The translations under genes were made by a program, and so were the position numbers. A stretch of 64,000 nucleotides of DNA, from positions 17,661 through 81,660 of the forward strand of contig JACPIN010000001.1 of the NCBI GenBank assembly GCA_016188065.1. The letters run 5' to 3'. The notes beneath the pieces were generated by a model. It was given only the letters and a program-made list of their open reading frames with translations. It searched no databases and was not told the origin of the DNA. Source of the DNA: Candidatus Woesearchaeota archaeon. GTDB lineage: Archaea > Nanobdellota > Nanobdellia > SCGC-AAA011-G17 > ARS1403. Shown in pieces: positions 38,400-47,861 of the stretch. Within the stretch, counting starts at the first letter, position 1. Each line of letters begins with the position of its first letter.

Positions 38400-39230
38400 T
38401 CAAATCTCCATCAGTCTTCCAGCTATCAAGCCGCTTACATCAATGCAGTTGCTCTCATGCTCTACTGTATTGCAGCTGACAATTCTTTCAGTATAATTTT
38501 TCAATTTTGAATAAGAGTCGCCGTTAAATAATCCATGTACAGTCAAAATATTAATCTTGTCAGCTTTCAAGTTGCTTAAATTGGCCATCATGCTGTTGCC
38601 GCTGGAGATTATATCATCGACAACCAATACATTATCATCGTATTTAACCCTCTCTCCTTTATCATACAAGGCAGAGTTCTTATCAATATGCCTGGCCAAT
38701 TTCCATGCCCTCTCGCCAAATCCGATAATTTTGCATCCGGAAAATTTTTCTTTGGCATACTTTCTCAGAATCTCATTGCACTCCAGCCTATAAAACGGCA
38801 CAGAAAACAGCTTGCTGGCAAGATTATGCTGATGAAGGTGCGGCTCAACGCTGACAACCGCATCAACATTTCTGCTCAATAGATCGGCAACAATGTTTTG
38901 CTGGACGCATTCCCCTTTAATTTTCCTGCTATCCTCCCTGAAGAAAGCAAGATAAGGAGCAACATATATTATCTCTTTCGCTCCAAGGTCTCTGGCAGCG
39001 GATGAAGCATACATCACCTCAAACAAAGAGTGGTTCGGATTTGGGTACAGGCTCTGAACAAGAACAACTTTTTTTCCCTTTACATCAGAATTAAAATTGG
39101 CATGCAGTTCGCCATCAGGAGAATCTCTCAAAAGCAAATCGTCATAGTCTACGTTTAGTCTTCTCGCAATTTTCTCGGATAAATATTTGCTATTGCCAAT
39201 TCCAACAATTATCATAGCCTTAAGTAACAA
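38400..39230 (-). CDS. prs: ribose-phosphate pyrophosphokinase
   Basis: PRPP-binding loop VLVVDDIISSGNSM plus the N-terminal Prs fold pattern. Confidence 0.85.
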   Translation of the reverse strand: MLLKAMIIVGIGNSKYLSEKIARRLNVDYDDLLLRDSPDGELHANFNSDVKGKKVVLVQSLYPNPNHSLFEVMYASSAARDLGAKEIIYVAPYLAFFREDSRKIKGECVQQNIVADLLSRNVDAVVSVEPHLHQHNLASKLFSVPFYRLECNEILRKYAKEKFSGCKIIGFGERAWKLARHIDKNSALYDKGERVKYDDNVLVVDDIISSGNSMMANLSNLKADKINILTVHGLFNGDSYSKLKNYTERIVSCNTVEHESNCIDVSGLIAGRLMEI

Positions 39231-39604
39231 CTATGAGCTATTTAAATTTAATCTGCCAAGTTTCACCAAATAGTTTAAATAATCCAAGATCGTAATCTGC
39301 GCTATGGCAGAAAAGCTAACAGAAGTTGATAAGATAATAAGGGTTATCATATCCTTGCTAATCCTTTTCATAATTATGAAATTATTTCAAATAATATGAG
39401 CGAAAGTCATTTGATTATAATAGCAAAATTACTTTCAGAAGGTTTACTTTTTGTTATAATAACAATAATATTATTTAACGAATTCACACAATTATTAAAA
39501 ACTATGAATCTTTTCACAGAGAAAAGTATTAATCTAATTGGTATAATCTCGCTCCCTAGCCACAGATAATCTATTATCAAAAAGGTTTCTGAGCATCGAC
39601 ATCT

Positions 39605-40870
39605 TCAAATGAACTCAATCAACTTTCTCTGAGTTTTCAATTTTCTCAGCAAAAGACTCTGATTGTAAACTCTTTCAATGTTGAAATTAAATTTCCTGAT
39701 AATTAATTGCTTGATATGTTCCAGCATTTGCTCTCTATTTTCAAATTCAAGAGGTTTATTTTCCAAAGCCTTTCTTGCACATTGGCGAACCACCCACACT
39801 CCAAGACTGTCCGTGTATTCGGGAGTTTCAAATCTTATTACTAGCACAGAAGCCTGTCTTCTAATTTTAGATAAATATTCCGTTACTGGCAGCCTTGCTG
39901 CGTAGTATCCTCCAGAACAATTTTCTGCATAACTTTTCCTTCCATCATACCACTCATTATCCGTTGCAAATTCAATTTTCCCGGAAAAATTCCAAACAGC
40001 CCCAGGCAAATAGCCTTCAAATAATTCATAGCTCCAGACTTCAGGAAATAGCATAATATAATAATAATTTCCAAAAAAGCTTCCAACAAAAAGCTGAAAT
40101 TTATCAACAGTCTGAAAATCTTTTATCGTATCAATTAATCTTTTTCCGATTGTATCGTCGACAGCTGTTATGCTCCATCTCGTGCTCACAAGTTTTCTAT
40201 TTTTCTTCAACCCAAGAGTGCCGACACTCAGCAGCTTGGTCAAAAAATTCTCGTCGGTGTTTTCAGAATACAAATAAGTTATAGCATCAGCAGCTTTCAA
40301 GTCTGTGTCCTCAAAAACTTTCTCGATGCTGCTTAGCACTTTTACATTGTCAGCTATCTTGATATTTCTCAATGCTGCAGAGGGGCCGGCAGGCATGGTT
40401 ATCCTATCCTTGTAGTCTTGCAGGTTCGGCTTCTTCTTCAAGTAAATCTCGACGTCAACAGGCTTATACCCCATAGCAATCTCTTTTGCAATGTCCAAAA
40501 ATTTATTCTCCTTTCTGGCGTCTTTAACGCTGCTCTTGAACCTGGAATTAATCAGGCTCCCTCTGTAATTGACAACGTCTTTTATTGTAGTTTCAGAACT
40601 AGCCCAGTATCTGGGGCTATCCAGTATCCATGAATCCTCGTCGTAAACAGGCGGGCTTAAAATCCCAACGTTTACATTCGGATACTTCAATTTGCTCCCG
40701 ACAAAAACGCTTGGCGGGCTGCTTCCAAAGAAATTATCTTTCCCAAATTCAGAAATAGAGCTGAACATGCTTTTCACTTTCAGCTGCAGTTCAACATCCT
40801 TCCATTTTGGCCTAGAAACAAACATAAATCTATAATAAGATAAAAAGTTATATATCTCTTGCGTATCCAT
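39605..40870 (-). CDS. hypothetical protein, possibly Nre-family DNA-repair protein with a C-terminal PIP-like motif
   Basis: 421 aa. The C-terminus QRKLIEFI fits QxxLxxF(F/I). The size is that of archaeal NreA. The family assignment is an inference. Confidence 0.3.
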   Translation of the reverse strand: MDTQEIYNFLSYYRFMFVSRPKWKDVELQLKVKSMFSSISEFGKDNFFGSSPPSVFVGSKLKYPNVNVGILSPPVYDEDSWILDSPRYWASSETTIKDVVNYRGSLINSRFKSSVKDARKENKFLDIAKEIAMGYKPVDVEIYLKKKPNLQDYKDRITMPAGPSAALRNIKIADNVKVLSSIEKVFEDTDLKAADAITYLYSENTDENFLTKLLSVGTLGLKKNRKLVSTRWSITAVDDTIGKRLIDTIKDFQTVDKFQLFVGSFFGNYYYIMLFPEVWSYELFEGYLPGAVWNFSGKIEFATDNEWYDGRKSYAENCSGGYYAARLPVTEYLSKIRRQASVLVIRFETPEYTDSLGVWVVRQCARKALENKPLEFENREQMLEHIKQLIIRKFNFNIERVYNQSLLLRKLKTQRKLIEFI

Positions 40871-41034
40871 GTCACATGAATGAAGTCATGTTATCATTTT
40901 TCTTTGGACACGATTTCTTTTTTCTAAAAAGAAAGTGTGAGAGGAAAGGCAAATGGAAAACGCAGTTGTTCATAAGAGCAAAGCGTTTTAAAAAACAAAA
41001 AACTATTTATACTAAATAGCAAATTTCAATAAAA

Positions 41035-41484
41035 ATGAACGGGCTTGGAAAATATACAAGAGCACTGCACTACATAAACGCATTGGAAGAATCTTCAAAG
41101 ATAAATATAGAAGACTTCAAGAAGGTGCAAGAGCTAAAGGAAAGATTAAAGCACACCGGGTTGAAGCTGAGATCATTTGAAACGACAAGAATAATCTTCT
41201 TCATAATTTTATATTCATCAGTCGTGTCTGCATTTGCATCAGCAATCCCCGGACTAGAAATCATAGCAGGAAAATTAGTAAAATTTGGATCTGTAATAGG
41301 ATCGACGATTAGCCTGATAATAATAGCAATATCATCAAAAGCAATCTCGACTTACTCGCTAGATTTAAATATTATAAGCTCGCATTTAATTTCAATATAC
41401 ACAAAAAATGGCGCAAGAACCCAGCTACGAAAAAAGAAAAAGCAAAAGAGACAAGAAGGCAAAAAGGCGGTTCAGAGTATATAA
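41035..41484 (+). CDS. hypothetical membrane protein with a Lys-rich tail
   Basis: 149 aa, two TM helices, and a C-terminus RKKKKQKRQEGKK. Confidence 0.25.
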   Translation: MNGLGKYTRALHYINALEESSKINIEDFKKVQELKERLKHTGLKLRSFETTRIIFFIILYSSVVSAFASAIPGLEIIAGKLVKFGSVIGSTISLIIIAISSKAISTYSLDLNIISSHLISIYTKNGARTQLRKKKKQKRQEGKKAVQSI

Positions 41485-41515
41485 GAGAGGCGGCAAATTT
41501 AGGTCAGAAAAATAG

Positions 41516-42175
41516 TTATTTTTTCAGCTTCTTTTTCGCAGCATTCTTGTTTCTATTAATTTTATTTCTAGGCTTAGGTTTTTTAGCAGTATCAGTTTTT
41601 TTTGGTTTGTTCTTTTCTTCCTTCTTGGGTTTTTTCACACGTTTTTCCTTTCTCTCAACAACAATGCCCTTTCCGTTTTTAACCTCTTCTTCAAGCTCAC
41701 TTATAGTCTTAGTTATCCTCTGTATCTTCCTCGCATTATTATCCTGTACTAGCACTTTATCGCATTCAGGGCACTTAAATCCATGCTCAATAGCCTGCTC
41801 AAACCCAAGCCTTACATCATTATCAGGGCAGCTGAAGTATTGTCCAGTTTCTTCTTTTTTCAATAAATCCTTCAGCACTTCCAGCCTTTTCTCCTTATGG
41901 GCCATTGCAGCATCAAACGCCCTTTTTAAATAAAAGTCCCAATAATAAATATACCATCCCTTTTTCTTGTCCTTTTTTCTCGTAAAATCTACCAAGCTAT
42001 GGGCATACAGCCTATACAGCATATTCCTGATCTGGTTCACAGTCAAGTTGAAATGCTCAGCTATCTTAAACTCGCTCACGTTTTGCTTTTTCCTCAGATA
42101 ATGGACAAGCTCAAGAACATCCTTCCCTATCTCTTCAGAAATGAAGTCATCTACTATTTTATCTAAAATGTCCAT
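41516..42175 (-). CDS. tfe: transcription factor E (TFIIE-alpha homolog) with a Lys-rich C-terminal extension
   Basis: N-terminal winged helix plus the Zn ribbon FSCPDN...FKCPECD. The length and architecture are those of archaeal TFE. Confidence 0.65.
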   Translation of the reverse strand: MDILDKIVDDFISEEIGKDVLELVHYLRKKQNVSEFKIAEHFNLTVNQIRNMLYRLYAHSLVDFTRKKDKKKGWYIYYWDFYLKRAFDAAMAHKEKRLEVLKDLLKKEETGQYFSCPDNDVRLGFEQAIEHGFKCPECDKVLVQDNNARKIQRITKTISELEEEVKNGKGIVVERKEKRVKKPKKEEKNKPKKTDTAKKPKPRNKINRNKNAAKKKLKK

Positions 42176-42302
42176 AAATAAAGATAAACCCCAAAGAGCA
42201 ATTTAAATAATTTTCGCTATGCTTTTGTGTTCACTACAGATTAATAATAAGAAAAGTTTAATAAAGAATGAAATTTTCAGTAATCATTAGGAGGTTACAC
42301 TA

Positions 42303-42704
42303 ATGGCATTATTCAAAAAGAAAAGAGATGATATGAAGCAAAAGATTAAGCCCCCGACGTTTCCAGGTCTTCCAGAGCATAATTTTCCAACATATGAGCC
42401 GGCTTTTCCTTCATCATTAGATAATATTAAAAGGGCTGTGCAGGACATACCAGATTTTGAGCGCGAGGAAAGACCATTGGCGATTCCAGAAGAAAAGGCG
42501 ATTTTTGTAAAAATTGACAAATACAAGGAAGCAATTGACACGCTAGAAATAATAAAAGAAAAATTAAAGACAGCTCAGGCAGTTCTGAATGAATTAAAAG
42601 AGTTAAAAAGAAAAGAAGAAGCAGAGCTTGAAGAATGGCAGGGCAGCATCAATGATATAAAAGAAAAGCTGACGCTAGTCGACAACAACCTGTTCGAAAT
42701 ATAA
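42303..42704 (+). CDS. coiled-coil protein, hypothetical
   Basis: 133 aa, heptad-rich. Confidence 0.25.
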   Translation: MALFKKKRDDMKQKIKPPTFPGLPEHNFPTYEPAFPSSLDNIKRAVQDIPDFEREERPLAIPEEKAIFVKIDKYKEAIDTLEIIKEKLKTAQAVLNELKELKRKEEAELEEWQGSINDIKEKLTLVDNNLFEI

Positions 42705-42705
42705 C

Positions 42706-43095
42706 ATGATGCAGAAGAAATTATTGCACGCGCAGATAAAGAACCCTCTTCTTGTTAGAAAAACTCTGCTGGAGTCAGCAATATCGACGGCAGAAATTCT
42801 TAGGTCAATGCAGGTTCTAAGAAAAATCAAGGCAGAAGAAAACAGGAAAAAAGCAGAATTAAAAGGATTATTCGAGGAAGTGAGGATTTTAAGGGCAAAA
42901 TTAGAGGAAAAAGAGCTCCCCCCATTAGGAGAGATAAAACACGAAAAAATAAATAAGAATGTTCCTAAGAAAATTCTGATAAGGGAAGAAGTCAGGAAGC
43001 AGAGAAATCAAGAAAGGATATTAGGAAAAGAAACAGAAAAATCAGGAATAGATTTAGAGATCGATAATTTAAGAGAAAAAATAAGGAATTTATAA
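42706..43095 (+). CDS. coiled-coil protein, hypothetical
   Basis: 129 aa, charged heptads, adjacent to the previous ORF. Confidence 0.25.
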   Translation: MMQKKLLHAQIKNPLLVRKTLLESAISTAEILRSMQVLRKIKAEENRKKAELKGLFEEVRILRAKLEEKELPPLGEIKHEKINKNVPKKILIREEVRKQRNQERILGKETEKSGIDLEIDNLREKIRNL

Positions 43096-43202
43096 TAGAG
43101 AAGATTCTAAGTGGTCATACAGTTTATTTTAAATATTTTCCTGTGACTAATCACATAAATTATGCTACGCAACACATAATAGAAATGTTTCTCATTATGA
43201 GT

Positions 43203-45302
43203 TTATTCAAGCACAGCCTTTATCCTTCTCACACCAGAGCTAGAGCTTTCCTCTTTAATTATCTTAAATCTTCCAATTTCCTTAGTATTAGAAACATGAG
43301 GCCCACCACATAATTCCTTGCTATAGTCGCCAATGAAATAAACTTTTACAATATCGCCGTATTTGTGTTCAAAAACTCCGGTAATTCCTTTCTTCTTAGC
43401 GTCATCAAGTTTCATCTCTTCACATCTCACATTCAATTTTTTCTTTATCTGCACATTCACTTCATTTTCGATTTTTTTTAATTCCGCTTCAGTTATTTTT
43501 CTGGGAAGGTTAAAATCAAATCTCAGCCTCTCATGAGTTATGTTGCTCCCTCTTTGAGTTATATTTTTATCCTTCAAGACATTTTTCAAAGCCTGCAGTA
43601 ATAAATGCGTCGCTGTATGCAGCCTTGTGGTTTCCTCAGAATGATCGGCAAGCCCGGATTTAAATTTTCCTTCAGTGGCGGTTCTGCTCAGTTCTTTGTG
43701 TTTCTCAAATTCTTTTTCATAGCCTTTAATATCGACTTTCATTTTCTTTTCATTCGCCAGTTCCCGAGTCATCTCAATGGGAAACCCATAGCTGGTAAAC
43801 AAAATAAAAGCAACTCTTCCAGGCAATACTTTTTTTTTCAATTTTTTGGTCTCTTTTTCAAACACCTGCAATCCAATATTCAAGCTTCTATCAAATTTTT
43901 CCTCTTCTTTAGCAGTTTCATTTAAGATAAAATCTTCTCTGAAGAAATAATTCCATTTATAAGTAATAAAAACTTCCTTGATAATATCTGAGCAGAACCT
44001 GTGTTGAATTCCTAATAGCCTTCCATGCCTTATCGCTCTTCTTATTAATCTTCTCAGCACATATCCTCTCTCAAGATTGCTAGGAGCAACCCCCTCATTC
44101 AAAATAAAAGCTGCAGCCCTTAAATGATCAACAACTATCCTTTTGCTTCTGATATCATTTTTCTTTGCAAGCTTATTGACGCATTCCATTAAAGGCTTCA
44201 AAGTATCTATTTCATAAACATCAGAAAATCCATTCAGCGCAGCAAGAGTTCTCTCTACACCCATTCCAGTATCGACGTTTTTCTGTTTAAGCGTGTCATA
44301 ATATTCCAAATTATTTTTTATAAATTCCTCAATTTTCTTGATCTTGCCGTCATATAATAAGGCATTTTTTATCCCCATTTTTTCAGCTGCTTCAAGATTG
44401 CTCCCATCATGGTCAAAATATATTATCTCATCCTTGCCTAGATGATATTTCTCCATAAGTTTCCCAAAAAAAGCTTCATTATTTTTCAAAATCTTTCCAT
44501 TAAAAGAAAAGATCTCGTAATTATATCCTTTTAGTAATTCCTCAGCCTTCTCCTTAAAATTATTTACTACCAAAATTTTTTTAGCGTTAATGGATTGTAA
44601 TACATCAAATAACTTCCTATTAATGTTAAAACCATCATCATACAAACAGTGCATGCCGTCTATTAATAGGATTCTTTTTTTCTTGTTATATTCCATAAAC
44701 ACATCATTCCAGATCTCAATCCAATTCTTGTCTTTAGGATCAAATTTTCCTGGAATCTTCTTTCCAACATAATAGAACATTTCTGTGTCTGGTCCGCATG
44801 GTCCAGTGTTTCCAGCAGGCCCCCACCAGTTATCGTCTCTGCCTAAAAAAAATATCCTCTCTTTAGGAATTCCAATTCTCTCCCAAATCTCAGCAGAAAC
44901 AGAATCTCTTTCAGCAGTTTTATCTCCAGAAAAACAAGTAATTCCAATCCTATCTTTATTTAATCCCAAAGCCTCAGTCAAAAACTCAAAGCTCATCTCA
45001 ATTGCTTCCTCCTTAAAATAATCGCCCAGGCTCCAGTTGCCAAGCATCTCAAAAAGTGTCAGATGAAAATTATCTCCAACTTCCTCAATGTCCCCGGTTC
45101 TAATGCATTTCTGCACATTTACTAATCTCCTTCCAGCAGGATGCCTCTCTCCCAATAAAAATGGAACCAGTGGATGCATGCCGGCAGTTGTAAATAGGAT
45201 AGTAGGATCATTCTCAGGAATCAAGCTCGCATTCATAATCTCTCTATGTCCTTTTTTCCTGAAGAATTCAATATATTTTTTCTTTAAATCAATTGACTTC
45301 AT
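43203..45302 (-). CDS. alaS: alanyl-tRNA synthetase (compact, with a ~130-aa insertion)
   Basis: AlaRS motifs: N-terminal ...FTTAGM..., WNDVFMEYN, DTGMGVER, the editing HTATHLL region and GGPHVSNT. 699 aa. An extra segment lies between FMEYN and DTGMG. Confidence 0.85.
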   Translation of the reverse strand: MKSIDLKKKYIEFFRKKGHREIMNASLIPENDPTILFTTAGMHPLVPFLLGERHPAGRRLVNVQKCIRTGDIEEVGDNFHLTLFEMLGNWSLGDYFKEEAIEMSFEFLTEALGLNKDRIGITCFSGDKTAERDSVSAEIWERIGIPKERIFFLGRDDNWWGPAGNTGPCGPDTEMFYYVGKKIPGKFDPKDKNWIEIWNDVFMEYNKKKRILLIDGMHCLYDDGFNINRKLFDVLQSINAKKILVVNNFKEKAEELLKGYNYEIFSFNGKILKNNEAFFGKLMEKYHLGKDEIIYFDHDGSNLEAAEKMGIKNALLYDGKIKKIEEFIKNNLEYYDTLKQKNVDTGMGVERTLAALNGFSDVYEIDTLKPLMECVNKLAKKNDIRSKRIVVDHLRAAAFILNEGVAPSNLERGYVLRRLIRRAIRHGRLLGIQHRFCSDIIKEVFITYKWNYFFREDFILNETAKEEEKFDRSLNIGLQVFEKETKKLKKKVLPGRVAFILFTSYGFPIEMTRELANEKKMKVDIKGYEKEFEKHKELSRTATEGKFKSGLADHSEETTRLHTATHLLLQALKNVLKDKNITQRGSNITHERLRFDFNLPRKITEAELKKIENEVNVQIKKKLNVRCEEMKLDDAKKKGITGVFEHKYGDIVKVYFIGDYSKELCGGPHVSNTKEIGRFKIIKEESSSSGVRRIKAVLE

Positions 45303-45369
45303 TTTAAAAATAATTAAAGAGGAAGTTTAAAAACATTATGCTAAAAAATTATTTTAACTTTTTCAGATT

Positions 45370-45957
45370 TTATTCCCAGAAATACGTCTTCTCAGCATCC
45401 TGTAAGAAATTTCTTCCGCCTTCCTCACTCAAACACTCATTGCTGATGCATAAATTGCTTTTACATTCATAACTGTTCTCACAGCTTCCTTCTTTCTGAA
45501 CTCTTAAAGCCTGGGTAAAGTCACAATATCTTCCAGCAACCCTCATGCCTACAGGCAGGCATTCTCCATTATAGCTGCATCCCTGGCTGCATTTTAGCCC
45601 CTCGCTCTTTTCTTTCATTTTGCAAACACCAAAGCCCCCCTCGTCAACGCATCCAAACTCGCAAAAGATTTCCTCAATCTTGCCATCGCTCCTAGTAGCA
45701 TCGCAATAATACTCTCCAAGCGTAGTCGAATTAACGCAAAAATCCCTTCTTGCTTTAGTTGGATCAAAGCTTCCAATGACATTGCCTCCAACCTCTGCTT
45801 GTACACCGGCATCAGTATCAACACAATCTACAATGTTGGAAGATGCCCTTCCAGTAAACATGCTGCTAAAACTTCCAGTTAGTCCAAGAATAAGTATAAT
45901 TGCAAAAACAAGAACAGAAATACCAATTAATTTCCCCTTCTCCATAATTTTAAGCAA
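45370..45957 (-). CDS. secreted Cys-rich protein
   Basis: Signal/TM N-terminus and 14 Cys residues in 195 aa. Confidence 0.35.
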   Translation of the reverse strand: MLKIMEKGKLIGISVLVFAIILILGLTGSFSSMFTGRASSNIVDCVDTDAGVQAEVGGNVIGSFDPTKARRDFCVNSTTLGEYYCDATRSDGKIEEIFCEFGCVDEGGFGVCKMKEKSEGLKCSQGCSYNGECLPVGMRVAGRYCDFTQALRVQKEGSCENSYECKSNLCISNECLSEEGGRNFLQDAEKTYFWE

Positions 45958-45992
45958 AATAAATATCTATAAATATGTTTCGTTTTATTTTT

Positions 45993-46073
45993 TTCAGCAG
46001 CAGGCTTTTATGATGCAGAAAGACAATTCCAGATGAGAAGGGGGATTTATTTTCTTATAGCTTTCTCTAACAT
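45993..46073. repeat. degenerate copy of the 3' end of the giant gene (direct repeat A)
   Basis: About 85% identical to 47902-47982. It would encode SYKKIN..., but is frameshifted. Confidence 0.7.
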
Positions 46074-46214
46074 TTGTCTATTTCGCTTAATATTTCCAAT
46101 ATTTTAGAAATACAATCATTTATTTATAAATAAATTAGCTTATTTTCAATATTTTATAAATAGAAAGATTTATATAAGTAATATAATATCCATTTCCATT
46201 ATTTTAGAAATAAA

Positions 46215-46853
46215 ATGTTTATAGAAAATTTAATAGGCTCAAAGGCAAAAGTAAAGATATTAAGGGTTTTGTCAGAAACAAGAACAGCTTATAATCTTAA
46301 TAATCTCAAAGCCGAGACAGAATTAAGTTTAGGCATCGTCCATAAAGCATCTGAGGAGTTAACAGAAGAAGGTTTATTGCTAAAAATTAAAGGTAATAGA
46401 AAAGAAAGGCTTTACAAATTCAATACAGACAGTCCTTTTGCATCTTCAATATTTGAATTATTTAAAGTTGAAAAAACAAGACAGAGAAAGGAAATAATTT
46501 TTATGCATACATGGTCGATCCTAGAAGATATAGTATCAAAAATAAAGAGTAAATCAATTTTGATAATTCTTTTTGGCAGTCAGGCGAGGGGAGATGCCAC
46601 GTTAAATAGCGATATAGATCTGCTCATCATGTCAAAAAATTCCAAAGAGGAAATCCTGGATTTAATAAGGGAAATAAAGGTAAAAAACAAAATAAATCCT
46701 ACGCTGCTTAGCCAAGCTGAATTTAACGAAGAAATTAAAAATAATACCCTGTTTTACAGAAATATAAAAAAAGATTCTGTAATATTATATATAAATTCTA
46801 AAATTAAAAAAACCATATCTGAATTTTTGGAAGATATACAATACAAAGGGTAA
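46215..46853 (+). CDS. wHTH-fused minimal nucleotidyltransferase (MNT)
   Basis: Winged helix plus LFGSQARGDATLNSDIDLLI. It is a paralog of 23427-23975. Confidence 0.65.
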   Translation: MFIENLIGSKAKVKILRVLSETRTAYNLNNLKAETELSLGIVHKASEELTEEGLLLKIKGNRKERLYKFNTDSPFASSIFELFKVEKTRQRKEIIFMHTWSILEDIVSKIKSKSILIILFGSQARGDATLNSDIDLLIMSKNSKEEILDLIREIKVKNKINPTLLSQAEFNEEIKNNTLFYRNIKKDSVILYINSKIKKTISEFLEDIQYKG

Positions 46854-46859
46854 TCGAAA

Positions 46860-47348
46860 ATGGAGATAGATAAAGAATTCAAAGAAAAATGTTTAAGTAA
46901 GAGAACAATAACTCAAGAGCCGAATGTAAGCCTTATAGCAGAAAAAGGATTAAGGAAAACGATAGCAGAACAGCATAAGAGCAATGCAGAATATTTTCTT
47001 GAAGCTGCCAAAAATCTGCTGAAAGGCCCGACCCCATTGCTTTCTATTCTAATAGGGCATTTTGCGATGGAGCATAAAGCTAATCAATTGCTTGCTCTGC
47101 ATGGCTATAAAGTCGAAAGCCATATCTGCACACAGATCGGTTTAAGCAGAATAGTGGAAAGGAAAGATTTAGCAAAAAAACTTAGTGACATTTTTGCTTT
47201 AAGGCAAAGCATTGGATACAGAATGACCCTTAAACAGAGTGAGGAAAGCAGAAAAGAAACTGAAAAAGCCATCAACGAAACAATAATCCCTTTCTTTGAA
47301 CAGATTGACAAACTAGCAAATGAGATTAAAGTTCTTTATATTCTTTAA
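46860..47348 (+). CDS. HEPN-domain protein
   Basis: 162 aa, helical. It lies downstream of the MNT in the usual HEPN/MNT arrangement. Confidence 0.5.
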   Translation: MEIDKEFKEKCLSKRTITQEPNVSLIAEKGLRKTIAEQHKSNAEYFLEAAKNLLKGPTPLLSILIGHFAMEHKANQLLALHGYKVESHICTQIGLSRIVERKDLAKKLSDIFALRQSIGYRMTLKQSEESRKETEKAINETIIPFFEQIDKLANEIKVLYIL

Positions 47349-47607
47349 GATAAATTTTATCGTGATGATCATAGTCTAAAAATTGTATAAATTCTTCTTG
47401 CTTATTATATCTAAAAACTAACACAAAGGATTTTCTGATATGAACTCTTTTCAAATTTTTCAAATCATACCTTAAAGGCTTATAGTGCTCAGGGTCAGAA
47501 TTAACGATATCTTTAACTTTATTGATGATTGCTTTAAAAGTTTCATGATCTTTTTTCTTAAGCTTTTCTAATATTTTCTTAAGGTCATCAGAGAAATCAT
47601 ATCTCAT
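47326..47607 (-). CDS. RelE/ParE (YoeB-like) toxin
   Basis: ...YKPLRYDLKNLKRVHIRKSFVLVFRY...FIQFLDYDHHDKIY. Confidence 0.6.
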   Translation of the reverse strand: MRYDFSDDLKKILEKLKKKDHETFKAIINKVKDIVNSDPEHYKPLRYDLKNLKRVHIRKSFVLVFRYNKQEEFIQFLDYDHHDKIYLKEYKEL

Positions 47608-47809
47608 TGTCTAGAAATTCAATGAATTTCTCCTTAGAATCAAAGCTATGAAATTTTCCTTGCTGTATTTTCTCTAGTTTTTTAAGATACTCTGGCCTGA
47701 CTATATGCAGATCTTTGCTTATATCCTCAAGCTCATTATCCATAACAATAACTTTCTGCTTGATAAATTCTAAATCCTCATGAATTCTAAGTAAAACTTT
47801 ATTTTCCAT
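47597..47809 (-). CDS. putative antitoxin
   Basis: 70 aa. It overlaps the toxin start by 11 nt. Confidence 0.4.
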   Translation of the reverse strand: MENKVLLRIHEDLEFIKQKVIVMDNELEDISKDLHIVRPEYLKKLEKIQQGKFHSFDSKEKFIEFLDNEI

Positions 47810-47861
47810 TTTCTTGCAAAAGAGATATTAAGGTTTATATACGTATCGATGAGTTAATTCA

